The translations under genes and the position numbers were made by a program. From Camelus ferus (lineage: Eukaryota), in NCBI RefSeq assembly GCF_009834535.1, contig NC_045697.1:62188001-62252000 (forward strand): a DNA stretch of 64,000 nucleotides. Direction: 5' to 3'. The notes below the pieces were generated by a model. That model did no database searches and was not told the origin of the DNA. It saw nothing but the letters and a program-made list of their open reading frames with translations. How positions within the stretch are numbered: position 1 is the stretch's first letter; each line of letters starts with the position of its first letter. Shown here piece by piece: positions 1 through 13,691 of this stretch.

Positions 1-814
1 GATCTGGGCAGCAGGACTTCTGAAAGCTTCCCAGATGATTTAATGTCCAGGCCAGGTTCAGAACCACTGATCTAAAAAGACTTTCCTTGGGATAATTATA
101 ATAATGATGGGCCAATTTCAGCTCAGTTGATCCAATTCTCATGTTCCACAGCAGGACGATTTTTCAGAACATCTAGTACACCAGAGGAAGTAGAAGCCAG
201 AGAAAACATGGTCACTCGATACAGTGCACACGGTGTGGTGCTTTGACTGCTTCTTATCTCCTTGACTGTCTCAGTGCGGTTATCTGAATCCGACAGAAAG
301 AAAATATTTCTACCTCTGTCTGACTTGTTGATATTAATAACAGTTTGAATACCACAGTACTTAATTCACCTAAATCCATGCAATCCAATCTTTCAATCAT
401 GTCTCTAGAACATTAGTTCCATGAGCCTAGTGTTTTTTTTCTACTTTGTTCACTTTAGAATTTCAGTGTCTTTAAATAGTCCTTGGGATAATATAGTTGG
501 TATTCAATACATACTTGTTGAATAAATGAATTAAGTGTGGGTTATAATGTGCCCTGTTGGAAAGGGGAACATTCACACTGGTGGAGGCCCACCTCTCTCT
601 GTGTCATCACTCTGGGGTCTCTGATAGGAAGAGATGACTCTGTCCAGCTTCTGGGTTCAACCTAGAGAAGAATCTCTTGTCACTTGGCTGAGACCTTCCT
701 GATTGGCATCTTCTCAAATTGCCCTTTATCCTACTATTACAAAAACTCTGAGACTGAGAACAGATTTTCAATTCTGTCATCTCCCTCTAATCATTTCACA
801 AGCAGTGGGATTGT

Positions 815-945
815 TATTCTACCACTGGCTGTGTGACCTTGGGAAATTTACTTAACCTCTCTGAGCATCAGTCTTCTCATCTGTAAAATGAGGATACTAC
901 ATACCTCACAAGTTAGTTGAAAGTTACATGAGTTAATGTACTTTA
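815..945 (+). mobile_element. MIR SINE core fragment
   Basis: gctgtgtgaccttgggaaatttacttaacctctctgagc...ctcatctgtaaaatgagg matches the MIR core. Boundaries approximate. Confidence 0.8.
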
Positions 946-982
946 GACAATGAACACAATGTTCAGCCCACAATTGGCTTTT

Positions 983-2078
983 TTTTCAGTTTTATTAGGT
1001 AGAATTGTTACAATTTGACTGCACATATACAATATATTGCATGTAAATACATATATACAATATACTGCACATATTTTTTAGTTTACACGTATGTACTAAT
1101 CATTGTTTCTAAGAACAGTATAGAGGTCTACCTTTCTAAACTTACATAGTTATCAAAAGAATAAAGCCAACCACAAAATAAGAATCAATAGAATGTGGTA
1201 ATCCAGTCATAAAGAACAGTCAAATGTGCTTACACATATTTAAGAAATCAGTCATCTAAGTTATAAATAAGTAGTTCATTTTTGTCCTTTTTTTTTAGAT
1301 TCCACATAAGAGTGATATCATGTGGCATTTTTCTCTTTCCAGCTCACTTCACTTAGAATGATGATCTCTAGGTCCATCCCTGTTCCTGCAAATGGCATTA
1401 TTTTATTCTTTTTTATGGCTGAGTAGTAGTCCATTGTGTGTGTGTGTGTGTGTGTGTATACTCTTACACCACATCTTTATCCAATCATCTGTTGATAGAC
1501 ATTTGAGTTGTTTCCATGTCTTGGCTATTGTAAATAGTGCTGATATGAACTTTGGGGTGCATGTGTCTTTTTGAATTTTATTTTTCTCTGAGTATATGCC
1601 CAGGAGTGGGATTGCTGGATCATGTGGTAAATCTATTTTTAGTTTTTAAGTGAATCTCCTTTCCATCCTCCATAGTGGCTGCACCAATCTACACTCTTAC
1701 CAACAGTGTAGGAGGGTTCCCTTTTCTCCACATCCTCTCCAGCATCTATCGTTTGTGGACTTTTGAATGATGGCCATTCTGACTGGTGTGAGGTGATATC
1801 TCATTGTAGCTTTGATCTGCTTTTCTGTGACAGTGCTAAGCACTTTTTCATGTGCCTGTTGGCCACTTGTATGTCTTCATTGAAGAATTGCTTGTTTAGG
1901 TCTTCTGCCCATTTTTGTATTAGGTTGCTTGTTTTTTAGATATTAAGGTATATGTGCTGTTTATATATTTTGGAAATTAGTCTCTTATCAGTTGCATCAT
2001 TTGCAAATATTTTCTCCCATCCTGTAGATTGTCTTTTTGTTTTGTTGATGGTATCTTTAGCCATGCAAAAGCTTTTAA
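983..2078 (-). mobile_element. 5'-truncated L1 (end of ORF2 and part of 3' UTR) with an atypical 3' tail
   Basis: ORF2-like peptide (KSFCMAKDTINKTKRQSTGWEKIFAN). Perfect 13-bp TSD ACAATTGGCTTTT at 970-982 and 2079-2091. Confidence 0.92.
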
Positions 2079-2159
2079 ACAATTGGCTTTTAATAAAGGT
2101 TACTTGTAGTCTGCCTTCCCCTTCACTTAAACAGCAACAGAGGAAGGCACAAATTTGGT

Positions 2160-2747
2160 GCATTTTCATTATTCATGGTAGTTATATTCTTTAAAGTCCT
2201 GCGAACACTGAATTCGTAAATGCTGAACCATTGCTCCTTGGGGCAGAGATAGGTTCCTGAGAGCCTCTGATCACATTTTCAGTAATCAGTGCGTGACCTT
2301 GTTTTATGTGTGTTACTGTTTAAAGATGCCTCATTTAATATACATCATTGATTCATTCACATTGAACTTACAGACAACAACCTGTAACTCGTGCCTGAAT
2401 GAAGCTTATCAAATACATATTACCTATCATTCTCCCTAAGACACATCATAGCCCTTTTTTTTGCTTAGGAATACTAGATAGCCCTTTAGCGCTGCACTTG
2501 TGAACAGTGAGATCACCAACAGAAAGCACAAAATGCAAAAAAAAAAAAAAAGTGACACTAAATAGACTGCAGGGTTGCAGTACGAGAGCAGGAACAAGAA
2601 GGCAGACATCACTCTGACCTCAGCGGGGGCCTCACAGTTTTTCCCACTCTGTGCATGTCCAAGGATGATTTGATTTGAGGGTGACAAATTTTAGCAAGTA
2701 GGTGGATTCACAAGTCCAGAACCCATGAATAATGATGCTCGACACTG
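2160..2747 (-). mobile_element. MER44/Tigger7-like TcMar DNA transposon remnant
   Basis: Inverted termini (tcattattcatgg near 2166, ccatgaataatga near 2723). Internal sequence resembles MER44 as I recall it. Confidence 0.75.
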
Positions 2748-4632
2748 TTGGAAGGGATCAGATCATTGATGAGTATTAGGGAACTTTCCAGTGTTTCTGA
2801 AAGCAGAGCACACGAATGAGTTATGCTTCCTTTGCATAGTTCTGGCGCTTAGAGGTGCTTACGAAGCAGATGCTTAGGAGACAATCACTGGACTCTTGAC
2901 CCAGCTTAACAAACACTTATGCTATCCCTGTGTCACTGTCCCCAAGACCAGCCTCTGGTTTTGCCCTGCACTCATATGTCAGCAGGACTCCCCTTCCACA
3001 GGTGTTACTCAGAAGTTTAGGTTTCTCTAAGTTTTCATGGAGTGGCAGGAAGTTCCTCCCACTGCTCTCTCCAGCCTTGCCACAAGCTGGTCTCCTGCAT
3101 GCCCGTCCTTCCCTCGCACAGCTGGGCTCACGGCACCATCCCTCCTCACCTTGCCTGCAACCTGGTTTCTCCTCTCTCTCCAGGTTTATGCTCAGCAGTT
3201 AGGCTCGGTCCTGTGAGTTTCCCCATCACTTAACTCGGGAAACAAAGGTTACCCAATCCTCACTGTCGTTAGAAGTGGAAAATTATGATTTCCCTGTCAG
3301 TCATGTCAAGTGTCCTGCTTCTTGTAAATGCTGTGCGAGGTACCAATTTGCAGTGATGAGAAAGATAATGCCCCTTCTCTAAGGAACCTGCAAACCTGTG
3401 GTCCATCTGGTGGTTTGTGAAGTGTGGGAAGAAGTGGCAGTTAGGTTGAAATAAAAGCGCCCCATGTAAGTCATGTCAATAAACATGCAGAGGAGCAAAG
3501 AATACACACACATACATGTACACCTCAACTCTTTAATCATTGGAAGCATATGTTTTCTGTGCCACTTGTACTAGAAGGGAAAAAAATGAACAAAGGTACA
3601 TTCACGTTTGTAGCCTATGAATGCGTCATAATTTAACTATAGGGACTTACAAATAATGTAACTATGGCTAGATATGTAATATATAAATGAATTGGTTATC
3701 ACTTTGCCCAAAATGACATGGTAAAGAGGAGACGAGTGACTTTTATTTTTATTGGCTCAGAATTGAACTCAGGATAAAATATTGATCCAAAAGAATCTAA
3801 AGATTGTGTTTAAATTCCTTGGTAACGTTAAGAAAAAATACGCAGTAAACTCACTTTGCTCTACCTACTCCTTTGGCAAAAGTGTAAAAGCAAAATTTTA
3901 TACACGTGCAATAACCTATTGAGACCGTGAGGATATGTTTTGCAGTTGTTTAGCTTTTTGGACAAACCATGGCGGGTTTTAAATTCTATGCTTACGTATC
4001 CTTGTTAATTAATTTCAGCTGCCATGCAGTTTATGCATGTTCTGGGAATGTGAACTAATTTAACTAGTTTTCAATGAAGATCTTTTTTGTTATTAAAGAA
4101 AAACAAACATTAAGGAAATCTGTAGAATTCATTGAAATCCATCATTATTAATCTTTATTATACCCATTCCATATTTTATTGTATTTCACTCTAGTGTTTT
4201 TCTAGGCTCCATATTATGTAGTTACTTTGATAGTGCTATCCATATATTTTTACATCTTGTTTTTCATTGATAACTATTTTCCATGTGTTTAGAATGTTTT
4301 ATAAGTATCATTTATAACATGGCATAAGCATTTGAATGAATCATAATTTACTCCAGTTTTCTTCTGTCAAAAATCTTTAAATTCACATCTTTGGACCTAA
4401 AGATCTTCTTTCTTCTGCACTATTTCTTGAGAGTGGATCCCAAGTTAGAATTACTGATTCAAAGGTATGAATGTTAAAAAAAAATTGATATATATTGATG
4501 TTAGTGATTCCAGTTTAAAAATTAGCCTTTTCAAAATAATTTAAACACATTTTCTCCAAAAAAAACCCCCCAAAAAACCAAAAAAAAAAAACCAAAAAAC
4601 CTTTCATGGCCAAAAGCAAAGCATTGCAATAT

Positions 4633-4708
4633 TCTGTCAAAATTACTTTTTGATTATCTTCAGACTTGGTTCTGTTGAAATTACTTTTTAATTATCTTCA
4701 GACTTGGA
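4633..4708. repeat. Tandem duplication, 2 x 38 bp
   Basis: tctgtcaaaattactttttgattatcttcagacttggt followed by tctgttgaaattactttttaattatcttcagacttgga (4 mismatches). Confidence 0.92.
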
Positions 4709-7700
4709 TTATACTTATCACTGTCCCTCTTCAATGGCAAAGAGACCACTAAGAGCAGTTCCTTCGCCCCAGTTCCTATTTACAAAACTTGTAATGACTG
4801 GACAAAAAACCAAGGGCCCTGCCAACCATCTGGTTTGCATCCAAGACTACCAGGCATCGGGAGTCATTCAGATCAGCTGGAACTCTTCCAGCAGTAGCAA
4901 AAAAGCTGTTTGCTATAATGCTTTTCTTTTGTGAAAGTCCAGTTTGGCCAATCAAATATGTTAAAATAATAGGGAGATGGAAGTAATATGCTTTTGTACG
5001 TCATTGAATGTACATTGTGAATGAGGTTTGTAAAAAAACATGTGCAGCCCTGCTAGAGTAACTTGAAAATGTCTGTTGTAATGGCAGCCACCTACATGAA
5101 AAGTAAGCAGTAAAAACTGTGACATTTGGAGGGTTTATCTTTAGTATTTTTTCACAGAAGGAAAAAAAATAGCCTTCACAAGCTCTCTACTTGAGTCCAG
5201 TCAAATACACATACAATTGGTTCTCAGCATCTCTTTAAATATGAATTCCGTGCATAATACCGAAACCATGGCTTGACCCCTGTCTCATCTATTTGTGAGA
5301 TGTACTGGTACTCTCCACGTCTCAGGGAGAACCTGTGGCCTACTACACTTGAAAAAACTGGAAAAGAATCTACTTACCACATTTTACTGCACGTGTCCTT
5401 GGAGCTCATTGTGGGTTCGTTCAAAAGAGATTGGCAAAGCCTTGTTTCTCTTTTCCTTAAATCCTTTAATCTCCAGCACATTCAGCAACAATAGTCCTTT
5501 GTAAGGCAGTTATTCCTGCTAATACAGTAACTAAATAGTGCTGAGAATATATGTATAAACTAGAGAAGCTGTATGTGATTGTTCTGGTGGAATTTCCCCC
5601 ATATGTGACTGGGAAATAGGAATACTGAAAAGACCTTACGTCAGCGTAGCCCAGGACACTGAGAATTTTCGTGTACGTGCACATGTATATCAGCTCTTTA
5701 ATCCCTATCAGAACCCTGTGGTATTAGTATTATCCCCACGTTATAAATTAGGCAACCATGATTTGGTGAGTTTGGATGTCCAAGCAGAGCCCTAATTAAT
5801 GGGAATGCAGAGAAGCTGCAGCAAGGATCTCAGGTGAGCTCCTGCATGGATGGGCTGGCACACGTCTGCCCACGTTTAAAGCCACAGGAAGCTGAAACTG
5901 AGTTTCAGAGCCAGTTAAACGTAAGAGATGCTTCATTCCAGTTCTGAATCTGTGGGCTTCAGTTTCCATTCCTAAACCGTGTCTCCATTAAATTGCCTGT
6001 ATCGTTAGTATCCTACGTTTCCACAGTCTTCAGTTACTCTTATTCTTACTAAAGTATGGAAATGCATATACTTGTGCTTGTTTTCCTAAACCATATGTGT
6101 TTTTGAAGAAAAATATCCATAGAATCTAAAGCTGTTGTTTTCGTAAATAACCTAAATTCAAGGTTTTGCCAGTGGCAGTTGTCTAATACAGCATGATAAA
6201 ATTATTCCCCAAGTTCTCGTGATTAGCTTGGTTAATTACAGGTGGTCCGGCTCCCAAAGCATGCGTACCACCTGGATCTGTTAGCTTTGCTCAATAAAAC
6301 GACCAACGTGTCATTCAGTGTTCTGAGGAAAACACAAAATGAGTTAGAAAAAGTAATCAGATAAATCGCAATTTTCACATATCTTCTAAAAAAAAATTAC
6401 AGAACAGCATAAGAAGAACTTTGTGAGACACTAAATTTTTAATCAATGTGAATAAAATTGAGTCTCGGAGAGATTTCATCTTTTTGTCATGTGTGTTCAT
6501 GTCCATATGCTTCATCTGTATGGAATGAGACTGACTCACCAAGAAGTCCTTAAAACCAATCAGTGTATCATAAGAGCGAGAATGCCTGGCCCCAGACCCA
6601 CCAAAGAAAGCAAGAAGTAGTAAGTAGTTTTCTCAAGGAAGAATGACATCTGTCTTGGACTCAAATTCTTAGGCAGAGGTGAAGGAACATTTCTCAGCAA
6701 TTTTCTAAATCAGTTGTGTAATTTAGTGTGTATTATATTTTAGTTTGTAAATACTTTTCAGTTATATGAGCCTGTACCTGATGTGAAAGGGCCCTTCTAC
6801 ACCAGTTCCTTCAACATATAAGGGGATGGTTGGATTTGGGGAAGGGGAAGAGAGGAATGATCACCCAAAGGGGCAGCAGCCGTTTTATCAGTAAGAAACA
6901 TGTTCAGCTGCAGGTAATAGGAAACCTGGTTATAGTGCCCCCCTCCCCAAAAAGGGTTTAGTTGCTTGCAGAACAAAGAGCCCAGGTGTAGACAGCTGTT
7001 GCTGTGGGTTTAATAGCTCAACAATGTTTGGAGGACCCAGGTTCGTTCTTTCTTCTCTGTCCTTGTGTGTTGGCTTTTGACTTCATGCTTAATGGTCACA
7101 AGGACCATCACTGGTACTTCCAATCATTGAGTCCTAATTCAAGGCAGTTAGAAGGAACAGGGAAGGGGGCAGTGCCAGTCTTATGTCCATTTTATCAGTC
7201 CTCATTATATATTGACTAGATGTGTGATTATGAGCACATTACTTAGCCTCCCAGGCCTGTCCATTTCCTCGCCTGTAAAATGGAGCTTCGAAGGCCTGTG
7301 TTAAAGAGTAAGTGTTATGGGAAATAAATGAGATCATGGGTTTGAAGTCTCTTTGTAACTGGAAAGCCTTATATGAATGCAGTATTTTATTCTCGTTGAT
7401 TTTATCAATTATTATTGCAACAACTCTCAAATATGCCCAGTTAGTTAACTACCTTGGGTACATCTGTGTCAAATGTTTACTTTTTAATTGGCCACCCCGT
7501 GTCCACCTTCCCTTCAAATCACTACCAGCAAGTAATACCCAGGAGCTGCTAATGTTGCAGTGTTAGCCTGAACCAAACATAATTAGGAAGGAAATCTGCC
7601 ACAACAAATTCACACCCGGCAAAAATATAAAGTGCTTTAAAGTCAGCATCCATCTGAGACCATCTGTTCTCCTGCCCTCCATTAGCTGGGTGATCAGGAG

Positions 7701-8034
7701 TTGGCAGTGTTCTCTCCTCTAGAAGCTCGTGTTGCATATTGACCTGAAAAGATATTAGTCCGGGTAACGATGACAACTTTTATGTTTACCATCAATCACT
7801 TTAATGAGTACAAGAAAGCATCCTATCACCCTGCCAAAAGGTACAGGAGTAAAGAATGACTCGTTCGTTGGTTAAATGTGTGTGTTTTCTGTGGCAGATG
7901 TATCCTGGTGCCGTGGGCATGGAGCACAGGCTCCAGCCCAGGAGTTACAGTTTAATAATGGGGCCATGGCAGCAGCAGAGTTTGTTGATTTCCCTGAATT
8001 CAGTCCCCTCATAAAAACAGAGTTGCTGGAAGGA

Positions 8035-8240
8035 TGATTGCCAGGAGCTGGGGTAGGGAGGAGTGAGGGGTTGTTTAATGGGTATAGAGTTTCAGTTTTG
8101 CAAGATGAAAAGAGTTCTGGAGGTCTGTTGCATAACAGCATGAATATACTTGATGCTACTGAACTATACACTTAAAAATTGCTAAGATGGTAGATTTTAT
8201 GTTGGATATTTTACCACAATTCTTAAAAAATAAAAAATAA
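8035..8240 (+). mobile_element. Old L1 (L1MB/L1MC-like) 3' end
   Basis: tttaatgggtatagagtttcagttttgcaagatgaaaagagttctggag...tactgaactatacacttaaaaa and an A-rich tail. Confidence 0.8.
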
Positions 8241-11003
8241 AACCACTAGATACGAAAACCAAAACCCCATGGACAACATTTACCACACAAAAGGTGACAA
8301 GCTGGCCCTGTGAATCCCAAAGATATAAGTGGGTTAAAACAAGCCACCTACTGCTGGAAGGCGTGTGTGATGTCAGCAGCTTTGTGGAAGGAAACAGAGG
8401 GGAGTGATGAGGTGGTGACAGATCTGATCACAGGAAAATTCCAACACAGCCAACAGGTATTCACTCATTGCAAAGTGTGGTGTACTCAGTTTATTAGTGG
8501 GTGAGTACCCAGGACCCATGGGAGGGTTTGTGAGGCTGATGTAGTCTGAGCCCTGGGAACTCTCACAGCTGACCAGCTAGGGCTGCCTTCCAGGACAGGG
8601 TCCCCAACTAAGGAGAAACTTCTAGAAGTAGATTCTAAGTTGCACAGGAAAGAAACAATAGAGATGAAGGAAAGACAAAGTTACATAAAAATTGGGGAGG
8701 GACTTAGAACCTCGTGATTGCAAGCCAGCTCAGCAACATCAGGAGAGAAAGAAGGAGTCCTCTCTTCTCATGCATTCCACGTCGTTATCAGAGAAAGCTT
8801 TTCTGAGAAGTGCTCCAGTAGATGAATCTGTGGGTCTCATCAGCCAGAATTGGGTCACACACCCATGCCTGAACCAGTCACTGCCTTTGAGGATTAACCT
8901 TCTCTTGTTACGTGAGAGATTGAGGACCCAAACAAAAGTCTGGTTTGCCATCAAGGAAGAAGGGGCCTGCTGTTGGGTACATAGTCAGCAGTATTTGCAA
9001 CAATTTGCCATCTCCTAATTTGCTATCATGCCTAGTTATGCTGTGGCCTCTGATCTTCAAATATTGCAGTCACACTAAGTGCAATCATACTAAGTCTATG
9101 GGAATTCTTCTGTTAATTGCAGTTGGTAGACATGTTACCACACATGCAAAATGAGTCTTTAAGTGCCATACATCCAGTTGTGTTTGAGCCTCTTTTCAAA
9201 ATATCCTCAGTTCTCTTGGATAAATCAGATACATGCTCTACTACCACAGTATTAATTTAAATAAGTATTATTGACTACCTAATATATCAAAGTAATCTTT
9301 GAATTATGATGGGGTATAGAATGAATAAGGTGTGATTTCTATCTTTAGTGTTCCTAGACTATAGTAAATATGAAGTATAATCAGCCACATTCAAGTCTGT
9401 GACATAATTTTGTTGTCTAAATAGAGTAAGTCTCCAGGAGCACCTGGATATTTTGCAAGTAATTCTTCTAGGGAGCAACTCAGCACAAATTATATAAAAA
9501 ATTTTTTTTTTTAGAATTTCAGTGGAAGCAGGGAAACTCGGGAGGAAACCAAAACAAGGAAATCACAAAAAGCAAGGCACCATCTTTATTTTTTGGGTTA
9601 ATTTATTTTAGGTATTTTAATAGCACATAAAATGGATGGTAGGGTATATTTCTATTTTAATGTATAGAACGCTATAAAATAAACTCTAACCATAAATGAA
9701 AAGATTGACAGATTTGGGTACGTTAAAAATTTTAAGCTTATGTATTCATTCATTCATACATTTGCTATTTTTATTGAGAACAAACTATGTGCCAGGCACT
9801 GATCTCAATGCTGAAGATACAGCAGTGTACCAAAGAGCCAGCATTGCTACTTTCAAAGAGCTTACATGCTGTATAGCAACCAATACCAACAAATAAATGG
9901 CATAAAAACAAACAAACAAACAAAACAACTGAAAGACAGTCATGGCATGGAGGAATTATGTGCAAAATATATGATAAAAAATAAATATCTGCAAAAAGCA
10001 AAAGCTCATATAAACTAATAAGTAACCCATAGGTGAATAAGCAAAAGTTATAGTGAATTAGGAGGAGAGCAACTGCAAATGACCAATAAACATGTCAAGA
10101 GTTGCTCTGAAAAGTTGCTGGACCTCAGAGGTGGTCCTGAAAATGCAGTTAGAACAAGGACATCCAGCATTTCCCCCTTCAGCTGGACCTGTTTTTTTAA
10201 AATTCCTAACTCCCACTGCTGGAAAACCTATGAGGAAATGAGCACCCTCATGTGCATTGCCAAGTGCAAGAATTCCTAACAACTTTTTTGAAAGTAACCT
10301 AGGAATGTCTATTAAAATTAAACATTCTCATACCCTTTGACCCAGAAAGGACATTTCTTGGCATCTATCCAACAGGAACAAAAGCACTAATACCAAAGGA
10401 CATATGTATAAGAATATTTATTGTATCATGGTTTGTATATAGAAAGAAAATGAAACATCCTGAATGCTCTTAAAGCGGTACATCCATGTAATGGAACATT
10501 TTGCAGCTATTGAAAAGAATGATGTTTTATGTGTATTGATCTAATAAATCAATGTATGATATATTGCTTGTTCACTGACAACAGGCAATTTGTAGGGTGA
10601 TAGGTATAAATTTTTTAATTAACAAAATGAAAAAGTATTTGATTTGTTACAATGAGCATGTACTTTTTCCCCCCATCTTTATTAAAAAACAATTTAGGTG
10701 ATTCCACAATGTTTTGGAGAGTGAAACTATAATCAGCAGTGGAAATTGCAGGAAGGATACTTTTAGTTCAGCTAAAGACGATGTTTATAACAACCACAGT
10801 GATTCACCTGTGGGTTTGGGAACCTTGGGTGAGGATCTCTGGAATTATTCAGGTTGAGAACCATAAGCTGTTGGTGAGCAGACTTATGTACCTAGTTTCA
10901 GGATTGGACTAAGATGACTGTTAAGATTCCTTCCAACCCCAATAGTTTTTTTAATAGCTTAATATTACACTATGAGACTTGTAATCATTTTTTAGTAAGG
11001 ACG

Positions 11004-13357
11004 TTTTTATTGACATGTAATTGGGATGTAAATTATATTAGTTTCAGGTGTACAGCATAACAATTCGATTTTTGCATATATTGCAAGGTGACCACCACAG
11101 TAAGTCAGTTAACATCCATCACCACACATAGTTCTAATTTTTTTCTTCTATGAGAACTTTTAAGATCTACTCTCTTAACAACATTCTAAGATAGTATTAT
11201 TAACCATAGTCATTATGCTGTACATTACACCCCTATGACTTATTTATTTTATAACTAGAAATTTGTGCCTTTGACCTCCTTCACTCCCTCCTACCTATAG
11301 CAACCACAGTCTATTCTCTATATATGAATTCCATTTTTTTTGTCTTAGATTCCACATACAAGTGAGATCATAATGATATTTGTCTTTCTCTGACTTATTT
11401 CACTTGGGATAATGCCTTCAAGATTCATCCATGTTCTCACACATAGCAAGATTTCATTCTTTTTTATGGCCGAATAATATTCCTCTCTGTGTGTGTGTGC
11501 TTGCGCACATGTGCATGCACATGCCACATCTTCTTTATCTGTTCATCCATCAGTGGACACTTAAGTTACTTCCATGTCTTGCCTATTGTAAATAATGCTA
11601 TAATGAACATAGAGGTGCATATATTTTCAAGTTAGTGTTTTGTTTCCTTCAGGTAAATACCTACAAGTAGAACTGCTGGATCATATGGTAGTTCTATTTT
11701 TAATTTTTTGAGGAACCTTCATACTTTTTCCATAGCAGCTGCACCAACTTATAGTCCCACCAGCAGTGCACCAGGGTTTCCTTTTCCCCACATCCTTACC
11801 AACGCTTATCTTGTCTTTTTTAATAGTAGCCATTCTAACCGGTGTGAGGTGATATGTCATTGTGGTTTTGATTTGCATTTCCATGATGATTAGTGATATT
11901 GAGCACCTTTTCATGTGTCTGTTGGCCGTCTGTTATGTCTTCTTTGGAAAAATGCCTGTTCAAATCCTCCGCCTATTTTCCAATCAGATTATTTGTGGTT
12001 TTTTTGTGATTGAGTTTTAGGAATTCTTTATATATTTGAGATGTTAACCCCTTATCAGATAATATGATTTGCAAATATTTTCTCCCACTTGGAAGGTTAC
12101 TTTTTCATCTTGCTGATGGTTGGTTTCCTTTGTTCTGCAGAAGCTTTGTAGTTTGAGGTGATCCCACTTGTTTATTTTTGCTTTTGGTGTCAGATATGAA
12201 AAATCAACACCAAGACCAGTATCAAGGAGTTTATCCCCTATGTTTCCTTCTAGGAGTTTTATGGTTTCAGGTCTTATGTTCAAGTCTTTAATCCATTCTG
12301 AGTTAATTTTTGTGTATGTTTGTAAGGTGGTGGTACAAATTTATTCTTTTGCATGTGGCTGTCCAGTTTTCTTTTGCATGTAGGTGTCCACAGTTGCTGA
12401 ATAGGTTATCTTTTTCCCATTGTATATTCCTGTCAACTTTGTCATAAATTAATTGACAGTAAGTATGTAGGTTTATCTCTAAGCTCTCTATTCTGTTCCT
12501 TTGATCTATGTGTCTGTTTTTATGCTAATACACAGTTTTGATTACTACAGGTTTGTAGTATAGTTTGAAATCAGGGAGCATGATGCCTCCATCTTTCTTC
12601 TTTCTTGAACTTGCTTTGGCTATTTGTGGTCATTTGTGGTTCCATACAAATGTTAGGGTTGTTTTTTCTAGTTCTATTTAAAAAACATCCTTTTGAAGGC
12701 ATTACATTGATCTCTAAATTGCTTTGGGTAGTATGGACATTTTAACAATATTAATTCTTCCAGTCCATGAGTAAGGGGTGTCTTTCCACTTATTTTTATT
12801 TGCTTCAGTTTCATCACTGAATTATCGTTTTCAGCGTGCAGATCTTTTACCTCTTTGGTTAAATATATTCCTAAGAATTGTGTTCTTTTTGATACTGTTG
12901 TAAATGGGATTATTTTTCTAAATTTCTCTTCCTGAGGGTTCATTGTTGGTATATAGAAATGAACTGATTTTTGTATATTTTGTATGTTTTGTATCCTGTA
13001 GCTTTGCTAAATTTGTTTACTAGTTCTAACAATGTTTTGGTGGAGTTTTTAGGGTTTTCTACGTATAACATCATGTCATCTGCAAATAGTGACACTTTTG
13101 TTTCTACTTTCTTGTTTGGATGCATTTATTTCTTTTTCTTGCCAAATTGCTCTGACTAGGACTACCAGTTCTATGTTGAATAAAAGTGGCAAGAGTGGGC
13201 ATTCTAGTCTGGTTTATAATCTTGGAGGAAAAGGTTTCAGCTTTTCACCATTGGGTATGATGTTAGCTGTGGGCTGATCACATACGGCCTTTATTGTGTT
13301 GAAGTACCTTCCCTCTATAGCCGCTTTTTTGAGAGTTTTTAATCATAAAGAATGTTG
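11004..13357 (-). mobile_element. L1 (~2.35 kb, degenerate 3' half of ORF2 plus 3' UTR)
   Basis: Several ORF2 peptides in the track: SLFADDMMLYVENPK (RT motif), [32 protein letters not shown]. Frameshifted and stop-interrupted. Confidence 0.95.
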
Positions 13358-13533
13358 ATGAGTGTGCACTTTTGTATTCTTTTAATACCAACAAAATATT
13401 TTATGTAGTACTGCACCATTACAGCATTGGTGTTCCCCATGTAACATCATAAAAGCTGCTAAATTTGTGAAGGTATTTTCTTTCCCTCCTTTCAATTACC
13501 AAAAATTTAATTAGATTTAAAATGTAGACTCAT

Positions 13534-13691
13534 GGCGGGAGGGTATAGCTCAGTGGTAGAGTGTGTGCTTAGCATGAATGAGGTCCTGAGTTTAATCCCC
13601 AGTACCTCCATTAAAAAATTAATTCAAAATAATAAATAATTAAAAAATAAATTACCTACCCCCCTCCAAATTACAAAATTACAAAATTAAT
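13534..13691 (+). mobile_element. tRNA-Ala-derived SINE (Vic-1-like)
   Basis: Head gggagggtatagctcagtggtagag...gaggtcctgagtttaatccccagtacctcc, AT-rich tail, TSD TGTAGACTCAT at 13523-13533 and 13692-13702. Confidence 0.9.

Noticed and set aside
13534..13610. tRNA-Ala(AGC)-like sequences here and at 28421, 52075, 56194 and 59476
   Set aside because: Each continues into a shared SINE body and A-rich tail, most with TSDs. They are SINE heads, not tRNA genes.
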